A DNA stretch of 64,000 bases, from positions 39,928,001 to 39,992,000 of the forward strand of contig NC_043009.1 in the NCBI RefSeq assembly GCF_006345805.1, read 5' to 3'. This DNA is from Octopus sinensis (lineage: Eukaryota). A model generated the notes under the pieces. The model was given only the letters and a program-made list of their open reading frames with translations, was not told the DNA's origin and made no database searches. A program made the position numbers and the translations under genes. Positions 54,315 through 64,000 of the stretch are shown here, one piece after another. How positions within the stretch are numbered: position 1 is the first letter of the stretch; the number at the start of each line of letters is the position of its first letter.

Positions 54315-55630
54315 ATATATCGATGCTGATGAGACCCAGCTCGGCAAAAACTGTGACCCGTGGGTTGTTAAATATGCATGTTCTCCCTAGAAGACATTTG
54401 GTCTTGAAACAAAACTGGAAATATATTTTTACATTGAATTAATTAAATTATATGCTTCATAGTGTATAACGTAATATTTTGTTACTACAACATAAAAGGA
54501 AAATAAAATCGCAACAGCTTGCTTAACTGTAACAGAAAATTTCAAGGAAGCGACTCGTGATTCAATCTCGCTCAATAATTTTGATAATTAAAGTAATTTA
54601 GGTCCGAGAGCACTATTTAAAAGAGACGTGAGTTTCAGTATTACTTAGTTATTACATTTTAATATACTTTTAATACCACGATTCAATATATATATATATA
54701 TTATCATTATTATTAGTTATTTTTATTATTTAATTGAACGCCACGGATCTATTTCCAAGTAAGTTCATCTTCACCTTTTTGATGCAACTTTATACTGTTT
54801 TCTTCCTCCATCTTTCTCTAATTCCATTTCTCTCCACCTCCCTCTTTCACCATTTTCTATCTGTCTCTCTCTCTCTCTCTCCACTTTCTCTTTTTCGCTC
54901 TCTCGTTGGTCACTCGTGACCATTGTCCAACTTTCTTTTTCTCACGTGGCTATCTTTCTTTTCTTGCATGGATGTTCAAAGGACTGAGCGCGTTTTCTTT
55001 TCTCTTTCTTCTATCTTTTCTCTTTTCAAATAAAATATTTCTCCCAGTGTTCACTATTTCCCCCTCACTTTGGTCTAACGACCTTCCATGTTTGTTTCCG
55101 TTCAGTTTCCTTCTATGTCTCTACTGTCCTGCTTTTGTTCCCAACTTTGACTCTCCATAAATCCTAAATTTTATTATAGAATTTATAGGAGTAACTGTCG
55201 TTGAAGACTCATATTGTTGTTGAATGCCCAGAGCGAGGAGTGGATGAATAGTCGACAACTGATAAAGTGTAGTTTCTCTGTGTTTACTTATCCTGTTTTC
55301 CATCTTTTTTCTCTCGTTGTTTATGTATTTAACTCGTTTATCTACGTATTTCATGTTGTTTACTCAGTTGGTGACGTCCTGTGTCTATATATGCAATTAT
55401 TTTTTATTATTTACGTGAACGCCACGCATCCATTTGCAAGTAAGTATATATATACGTATGCAGTACATATACTTACGCACATATTTGTGGATGCGTGTGC
55501 ATAGCTACATATATTAATAATATTATATTATATAACATACGTATGTAGATACACACACACACACCACACACATATATATATATATGGTGTGTGTAAGATG
55601 GGGTCTTTGTGGAAAGAAGTTTGCTTATTC

Positions 55631-55669
<39 letters not shown>

Positions 55670-55869
55670 TATATATATTATATATATATCTATATAATTA
55701 GGGTTCAGCAACGATTTGCTTCACCACACACCGAAGTTTAGAAATAGCAGTCAAAAATCTTAGCTATTCCTTCTACTTTAAAGGGAAGTTCCCAGAAAAA
55801 CCAAAGCACTTGAAAACAAACCACGCAGGCAAAAGGAAAAAATGACGAAAATCATCCGATAATAGGTTA

Positions 55870-55962
55870 CCTACGGACGCGCGTTTCGGAATTAAGTCTG
55901 TATAAAGTATAAATAGTAAATAATTATACCTTACCCGACTATTTTCGTCTCTTCAGCGTAGG
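55870..55962 (-). ncRNA. Type I hammerhead with expanded stem II domain
   Basis: CCUACG-CUGAAGA-[62 nt]-GAAAC-GCGC-GUC-CGUAGG; perfect 6-bp stem I and palindromic ACGCGCGU stem III. Confidence 0.7.
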
Positions 55963-56242
55963 ATTCCTCAATCATAAATAACTGAATCTCAATTATTAAT
56001 AATTGCATATTAAATTTGAAGTCACTGGAAAACATCACTTCATCTAGCGGTATCAGAGAGATACGGTATATATATATATATATATATATGTAAGAGTTTG
56101 CGTGTGTGAGTGTCATGTTGTCTGTTTGTTCCCCCAACACCGCTTGCAGTGTTTACGTTCCAGTAACTTAGCGGTTTGGCAAAAACGTGCACTAGGATAA
56201 GTACCAGCTTCGAAATAAAAGTAGCATTGCGGTCGATCTAAA

Positions 56243-56483
56243 CTGATATACCCTCGTTTCGGCTGATATCAGGTGTCTTGGGAAAATTTTGAAGCTGGGT
56301 TCTCATTCCTAAGGTATTTTCGATGTTGATGTTGTTGAGGTTGTTGTTATTATCATCATCATCATCATCATTATCATTATTATTTTTATTAATATTATTA
56401 TTATTATCATTATTATATTATTATTATTATTATTATTCAGGTCATTGCCTGGAATCGAACTCGGAATCTTGGGGTTAATAGCC
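56243..56483 (-). mobile_element. tRNA-head/(AAT)n/HHR composite SINE, third copy (core deleted)
   Basis: B box GTTCGATTCC at 56451-56460 on the minus strand; (AAT)n; GACACCTGA fused directly to TATCAGCCGAAACG. Confidence 0.8.
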
Positions 56484-57495
56484 TATATACATATATACAT
56501 ACATGCATACATGCATACCTACCTACCTACATACATACATGCATGCATACATACATTCATATACATATGTACATATATATATATATATATATATATAATC
56601 AAAATAAGCAACAGCATATTAAGAGGTGATGCATTACGACTATTTCAAGACTATTGCAATCATTACAACAATTTAAATGCAGGACTAACATCAGCTGCAT
56701 AAATAGATAAATAGAATTTGTAGTCACTTGGACACAATATAATTTTACTCAAATGCCCTTTTAGAGCAAGAAGACGTAAAACGTCCATGCTGCCACTACT
56801 GTAGCTAAGAATGTACTACACTTCTAAGAATTGTATGAAGTTTGTTGGGGTCATAGCCTATATAGGATTGTGGTTCATTTTTAATTTTTTAGTCTTTTTA
56901 TCAACTACCAAATCTAAGACTAGAGAATTGTGTCTATTTAGAATGGAGGGCAGTAGTGAGTTAACAGCACGTCGGTGGGTATGGTCATAAATATTCTAGA
57001 TTTCTAGGATTAGTATAAAGTAACTGTGTATAAAGGCGGCTGGGTAGGGGAAGATCCCAATCAAGACGTTAATTACCAGTTAAAGGGGAAAGACGTTAAT
57101 AAAACCTATGATGTTAATACAGATGAAATTATCATGGGGTACTACGGGTGATTGTATAGAAACAAGATTATTTAAGATTATTAAAAATGATATAATCAAA
57201 ATAGGTAAAATGTGTATATATACCGATTTTCAACATTAAAAAGCGAAGATTACACAAAATTAGTTAAATATTCATTCATATATTTCATTATTTACTTGTT
57301 GGGTGGTTGCTATAAAGACTGCTTTGAGTATTTACTTATGGAATACTGGGGCGATAAATCATGCTATCTGTATATTTATTATAAGCTCAGAATAAGAAAA
57401 AAAAGGAAAAAATAATAAGTTGTGTACGGACACACACACATATTTAACTATGTGCACACATGCAATTATACACAACTATATATATTTTATTATGA

Positions 57496-57889
57496 ACTAG
57501 CAGTATCGCCCGGCGTTGCTCGGGTTTGTAAGGGAAATAACTATACAGCATTTTTAGAGAGTTATAGCCAAAAAATAGCAAAAAAATGCATTCAAAATGG
57601 AAAAAATATGATGGTAAATTGTTTTAGAAATCGTTGACTCATCGTAGACATTTTTAGAGAGTTACTTCCCTTTAAAAAATATGCAAGAAAATGGAAAAAA
57701 TAATGGAAAATTATTTTTCAAATCGTAGACTCATCGTAGACGCGCGCTAATACCCAGAAGGGCTCGATATGAATCACGACTATAAGATACCCGGTTTTGG
57801 TTAAACTGCACCGCAAAATGTGGGAGTAGTTAGGAATCTAAATCGTAGGAGACAGACACTCACACAACTACAGTTTTATATATAAAGAT
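57496..57889 (+). mobile_element. Non-autonomous Helitron/Helentron-like element
   Basis: 5' ACTAG, subterminal hairpin CCCG-GCGTTGCT-CGGG (57509-57524), internal duplicated blocks, 3' GACAGACAC..TTTTATATATAAAGAT. Confidence 0.6.
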
Positions 57890-58517
57890 ATGTTATAATT
57901 AACTCTAATTGACTTAAGTAACTAGAAACTTTATGTCTCTATTTAAGAACAGTAACAACTTATAAGGGATAAAAGGTTAATAGGTAATGATATCAAAATG
58001 AGAAAACAAAATATTTAGAAATTATAGAGAATAGTAAGAAAATATATATCTTACATTTTAAAGCGACAGAGTATTAAAATATCAGGTAGGGCAGAGATAT
58101 AGATAACCTCACAGAAGAAGCAACAGGTATGGTAGTAATGAAGGCCGTAGGAGGTATTCAGACTGAAGTGGTATTTAATAAGTTATAAAGTTACCTTTGC
58201 TATTTGCTATTACTTACATGATTTTATACTTTCACATGGGTATATAATTAGAAGGCGTATTTTTAAAAAAACCATTACAAAATACATAATATGATTAGTA
58301 GGGTAGAACATCATAGAAAGGAACAAATGGCTTAATCACCAAAACCATGATGAAGTCAGACTAACTAGGTAGGATTATTCATAGGATAGTAACTACATGT
58401 AGCATAACACATACCCTACCGTATAGCTTATAACACACACACACACACGCACATATATACATATATTTGTATAATATGCATATACTCGTGTATATATATA
58501 GGTATGTATATATATAT

Positions 58518-58556
<39 letters not shown>

Positions 58557-58757
58557 GCATGTATTGCGAGGATGATCCGGTTCTTGCTTGAAGATAAAAG
58601 GGCTTCGAACAAAAGCTTATTTTTTTGTATCGTCAATCTGGATTTTTTGTTGTCCCTTTTTGGATCACCTAGTTGTCAGGATGTTTTGGCGTTCTTGTCC
58701 TCCATTTTGTATTTTATTTTATATATATATATATATATATACATACATACACACACA

Positions 58758-58789
<32 letters not shown>

Positions 58790-58842
58790 GCATATATGCA
58801 TATATTATATATATATATGCATATATGCATGTGTATATATAT

Positions 58843-58904
<62 letters not shown>

Positions 58905-58926
58905 TATATATATGTATATATATATA

Positions 58927-58972
<46 letters not shown>

Positions 58973-59339
58973 TTATATATATATATATAAGCCGCAGGAG
59001 TGGCTATGTGATAAGTAGCTTGCTTACGAACGGCGTATTCTTCGATAGTTGGTCTGTTGCTTACAATGAGAGACCGACGCTTTGTCTCCGGGATTGGAAA
59101 AAATAGAACAAAACGAAAAGTCGCTAAGGTGAGTCATTTTTTTGGTCTTCTGAGCTGGATGGGAATTCATTGTGTGTTTTTCTTTACTTTTTCAGTAAGT
59201 TCCTGCCTAGCTCTGGGGCGATTTCGTCTGCCTTGGCGGCTTTAAATTGTAGCTCACTCTAGCGAGCAAAAATATTGCGTTCTCGTCGCGTTAACGATGG
59301 ACTGAGAAAATTTTGAACACTTTGGAATAAAATTCTGTG

Positions 59340-59541
59340 TGCTTGTGTGTTTGTGTGTGTGTGTGTGTCAGTGTGTGTATGTGTATGTGTGTGTTTGGGT
59401 CCCCGTAACTTAGCGGTTCGATAAAAGAGAGCGATAGAATAAGGACTAGGCCTCCAAAGAATAAGTCCTGGCGTCGATTTGCTCGACCAAAGGTTGTGCT
59501 CCATCAAATCCGCAGTCAAATGACTGAAACAAGTATAAGAG

Positions 59542-59545
<4 letters not shown>
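59340..59545 (+). mobile_element. SINE family S1, 3' half
   Basis: CCCCGTAACTTAGCGGTTCG..CAGTCAAATGACTGAAACAAGTA. Confidence 0.85.
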
Positions 59546-59597
<52 letters not shown>

Positions 59598-60009
59598 TGA
59601 AGGACGAGGGACAGAGAGAGAGTGAGAGTGAGAGAGAGAAGGTGACACACACGCACACACACACTTATATTCATAATGTTTAAGTACGAATTAGCCGTTT
59701 AGTTCCTAGTTTAATCAACAATGAATATTATTTGATTACTGAATTATAATTCTCTTAAAACTTAATAATATGAAATATAAATATTATGAGTTTTTTCATT
59801 AGTTTGCTTTATTTGCGTTAAAAACAGAGCCATAACAATTTACAATTCTCTTAAACAACATCAATATTGCCTTTTCACGGTAGTTTATATTAAGGTGAAA
59901 CAAGATGAAACTTTCTCTTATAAGCACTGATATTCGCTCAGTAATACAATTATGCTCGCTAAATGTATATGTATAGACTAAATGTATATATATATATATA
60001 TAGACTTAT

Positions 60010-60245
60010 GTGAGGCGGCGAGCTGGCAGAAACGTAAGCACGCCGGGCGAGATGCTTAGCGATATTTCGTCTGCTGTTACATTCTTAGTTCAAATTCCGC
60101 CGAGGTCGACTTTGCCTTTCATTCTTTCGGGGTCGATAAATTAAGTACCAGCTACGCACTGGGGTCAATGTAATCGACTTAATACCTTTGTCTGTCCTTG
60201 TTTGTCCCCTCTATGTTTAGCCCCTTGTGGGTAATAAAGAAATAT
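60010..60245 (+). mobile_element. SINE family S2
   Basis: Full head-to-tail match. Confidence 0.9.
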
Positions 60246-60642
60246 ATACACATATATAGACTTACGTCTATACATATACATTTAGTGTATAGTTGAGCTA
60301 ACTCACTGTTAACACGGAGGTACCGATATACGTTTACTGTGTGGTTGAGATAATACTTAGGATTTCGCGAGTATCTATTGCACATTTTGAAAACTCTGAG
60401 TGGTATTTACGCTCTACTTCTTTTATATCCTGCCACAGGTTGTTATAGATACTTTACACAGTGGAGGTTTAATAAACGGGACTACTAAAACGATCTCTGA
60501 ATACTACCGACCACTTATCTTTATAAGAGTTCGGCAACTCCATTCTTCCAATCCGCCAGGGGTGTCAATAACTTTCACCACAACATCTCCCTCGTCTGAA
60601 ATTGCCTTCCATTTGAAGTTAATATTATTATTTTTATTTCTT

Positions 60643-61300
60643 AAAGGCGGCGAGCTAGCAGAAACGTTAGGGCGCCGGGCAAAATGCGTAGCCGTATTTC
60701 GTCTGCTGTTACGTTCTGAGTTCAAATTCTGCCGAGGTCGACTTTGCCTTTCACCCTTTCGGGGTCGATAAATTAAATACCAGTTATGCACAGGGGTCGA
60801 TGAATTCGACTTAATCCGTTTGTCTGTTCTTGCTTGTCCCCTCTATGTTTAGCCCCTTGTGGGTAATAACGAAACAGATAAAAGGTTTAAGGCGGCGAGC
60901 TGGCAGAATCATTAGCACGCCGGGCGAAATGCATAGCCGTATTTCGTCTGCCGTTACGTTCTGAGTTCAAATTCCGCCGAGGTCGACTTTGCCTTTCATC
61001 CTTTCGGGGTCGATAAATTAAGTATCAGTTACGCACTGGGATCGATAAAATCGACGTAATCCGTTTGTTTGTTCTTGTTTGTCATCTCTGTGTTTAGCCC
61101 CCTGTGGGTAGTAAAGAAATAGAAATAGGTATTTCGTCTGCCGTTACGTTCTGAGTTCAAATTCCGCCGAGGTCGACTTAGCCTTTCATCCTTTCGTGGT
61201 CGATTAAATAAGTATCAGTTACGCACTGGGATCGATAAAATCGACGTAATCCCTTTGTCTGCCTTTATCCTCTCAGTCTTTAGCCCCTTGTGGGTAGTAA
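60643..61300 (+). repeat. Cluster of SINE S2 copies including a headed+headless tandem (60888-61300)
   Basis: Heads at ~60643 and ~60888; a headless unit starts at ~61130. Confidence 0.9.
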
Positions 61301-61769
61301 AGTACCATTTGCGTTCGGGGATCGTTCTAATCGACTGGCCCCCTCCTCAAAAATTTCGGTCCTTGTGCCCAGAGTAGAAAATATTATTTTTATTTCTTTA
61401 CTTTCTAGTATTGTTTACACAATGTCGGCCTTTCCAATCCTGGAATTTGAAATTTTGAATATTTATTTCTTTTTCACGCCGTCACTTTTTTATCCTGACG
61501 ACTCGTTGCCAGATATTGTAACGTAATTATTACCCGACTCTTAGGTAGCATTGTTCGTTTGCACACAGCAGTCTTGCTCTTTGCTGTACTAAGCACGCTT
61601 GTCTTTCGCTCGAAAGGACTTTAGTGTGATTTTTTAAACCCCCCAAAAAGCATCTCCTCTAGCTGTTTAACACTGCACAGCTGTATCCGATATATTGTGA
61701 GCAGGGGAATCGAACCCTTACCACATTCTAGTGACGGCACCAACACACAGTAATTCCAACAACTACCAT

Positions 61770-61960
61770 GTGGATGCGCAATGGCCCAGTGGTTAGGGCA
61801 GCGGACTCGTGGTCTAATGAACGCGGTTTCGATTCCCAGACCGGGCATTGTGAGTGTTTATTGAGCAAAAACACATAAGCTCCACGAGATTCTGGCGAGG
61901 GGACGTGGTGAACCCCTCAGAACTCTTTCACCACAACTTTCTCTCACTCTTTCTTCCTAC
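61770..61960 (+). mobile_element. SINE family S4
   Basis: GTGGATGCGCAATGGCCCAGTGGTTAGGG..GGTTTCGATTCCC. Confidence 0.8.
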
Positions 61961-64000
61961 TTCTGCCACAAAGCAGAAGAACCATGGCATAACCTACTAT
62001 GGTGTGGTAAACTTTTAGTCCCTAGTCTAGATTGCGAATCCTCTGTACCCCAGGATGGTTAAGCCCTCCACCCGTTAAAAGCCAACTTTCACAGAATGAG
62101 GATAACAACGTAGCTTTCACGCCCGTGCAACCGCCAGTCTATCGCGTGTGGTGGGTGTATCTTCAAGTTGCTACACGCATTCTTAGTAGCTTAGAGTAGG
62201 CTCGGATTGGAGATTATTCTTTGTGGCTAATAGCGTGAGTCCTGATTGAAAGAAGAAGCATTAAATCTCCTGCAAGGACATTAGAAATAGACAACAAATA
62301 AAGTGAGTACAACGCGAAACTAATACTGCAACTCTTACCGGCCTCAAGAAAAGCTCTTCAACGACTTCTGCCGACCACTACTCGTTATGAGAAATCGGCA
62401 AGTCCATTCTTCCAACCCCCCCGGAGTGTCAATGACTCTCGCCACAACAACTTTATTGAGTACTTTACTTCTTCATTGTAAAACCGAACTTGCATTATAC
62501 TTTTACAGAGAGAGAGAGAGAGAAACATGTGTGTGTGTGTGCATTGCGTGAGTGTGTTTGTGTTTGCATATTTATGTGTTTTATATGTGGATGTATATAC
62601 TCGCATATACATATATGTATATATGTATTTGTACGTACGTATATATATATATATAATTATTTAGATGTTTATTTATTTTAACAGCATTTATGTGTATCAA
62701 TGCTGCCGCCTACACACACACGTATATTTGTATATATATATATATCTATTCATATGATTATGTATGTATGTATGTATGTATGTATGCGTATGTGTGTGTA
62801 TTATATATATATGCAAGTGTGTATATATATAACTTGTTAGACGATGATATTTGACAAGATGTTACAAACTTGTTTAAGTTTCCGCTTTAAATAATAAATA
62901 TCATGATGAGAAATGATAGAAAAAATTTTAAGAGCGGATCTTAAAGAGAAATAAAAGAAACTTTATTTATAATATATAAACGTTTGATGAAATCCAACTG
63001 TGAAGATTACACTCCTTATTTAATAGTAAAAGATGAAACCTTAGGATAAAATGGCAAACATTCAGAAAATGATAGCACTATAGTTCTTTATCAGGTACAA
63101 TATGTGTTAATACTTACTGTCTCCTTTTGTTGTCTTCAAACAGTAAGTTTTTCGCAGAAGCGAATCGTTGTATTGGACAGCTTCCAAAACATGTCAGCGT
63201 TGAAAGTGAGATATATCATGTCGTATATTCGTCTCACATACAAACAACAATTTCTTGTTTGATTAGATTTGACAACAGACTTATGTTGCTTTGTTATCTA
63301 AGAAATATAAGAACCAGAAGAAACTGGGAATTCTGCAGAAATTATGATGCTCTTTATGTTCTTGAGCATTTTAGATTTGGTATGAGTTAATAAGATCTGA
63401 TTAGAAGTATTTCTTCGTGGAAATGACCTCACACCTATGCACACATCAAACATCAAACATGAAGCATTAAATCTCCTGCAAGGACATTAGAAATAGACAA
63501 CAAATAAAGTAACGAAGACAAAATAAGTTAGTATAGCATAAAAGAGTAAAGCGCCTCAAGGCAAGGTTAAAATTTGATAAAATATCTCAGTCAAAGAAGA
63601 ACAATATTCTCCTTCAAAGTATCACATCGAAAGATATTGCCAATATTCTTTATTTAGTTATAGTAAGATGGATAATGAGATTATCAATTATATGGCAGCA
63701 GAGGATTAATCTCACAAGTAAAGTTTCTAATAAAATGTTCAAATAAACTGCCCGTTGGCTTGGTCATTCAGTCGTTGAACGAAGGGCCGAAGTTTCAATT
63801 CGTGTTACGATCATCAGAAACTTTCGTATTGCAGCTTCAGAACGCTTTGTTTTACGTAGACACCGGCTAAAGATATAATAACAAGTGAGACAGAAAGGTT
63901 TAACGTATAAGTAAGGTGTTGCTTTCTAAGATTAGAATACATTATAGAATTTGTTTATGTGTTGAAACCTAATTTGTTGTGTAGTAAATCCCCATTGCTC

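Noticed and set aside
54321-54420. CUGAUGA-GACC...GGUC-UU-GAAAC next to a (TA)n tract
   Set aside because: No NUH triplet or stem I partner after GAAAC.
63775-63830. Minus-strand CUGAUGA-UCGU/ACGA-AUU-GAAAC-UUCG-GCC
   Set aside because: Three extra bases before GAAA, U16.1 replaced by C, and stem I out of register; at most a very decayed motif.

Overview
AT-rich, microsatellite-dense metazoan DNA. The SINE families and (TA)n/(TAGA)n/(TAT)n load point to an octopus or other cephalopod (inference). There is no long intact ORF, and most ORF-track entries are translations of microsatellites. Transposon fossils present: tRNA-headed SINEs of several families, Tc1, mariner and maT-type transposase pseudogenes, hAT and mariner MITEs, Tx1/L1, RTE and R4-type LINE fragments, and Helitron-like elements. 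A possible small three-exon orphan gene lies at 11.5-15.0 kb. The main unexpected signal is a set of type I hammerhead ribozyme (HHR) motifs, read by eye, in at least five unrelated repeat families. These are: (i) a canonical HHR in a ~345-bp tandem, retrozyme-like repeat at 7.4-8.0 kb; (ii) two (TA)n-embedded copies with a compensatory stem II change at 21.1 and 32.2 kb; (iii) a composite SINE of tRNA-like head + (AAT)n + minimal HHR tail at 37.8-38.5, 40.1 and 56.3 kb; (iv) an HHR with a palindromic stem III at 55.9 kb; (v) HHR-like variants at 43.8 and 45.2 kb. No cleavage activity or database novelty has been tested.
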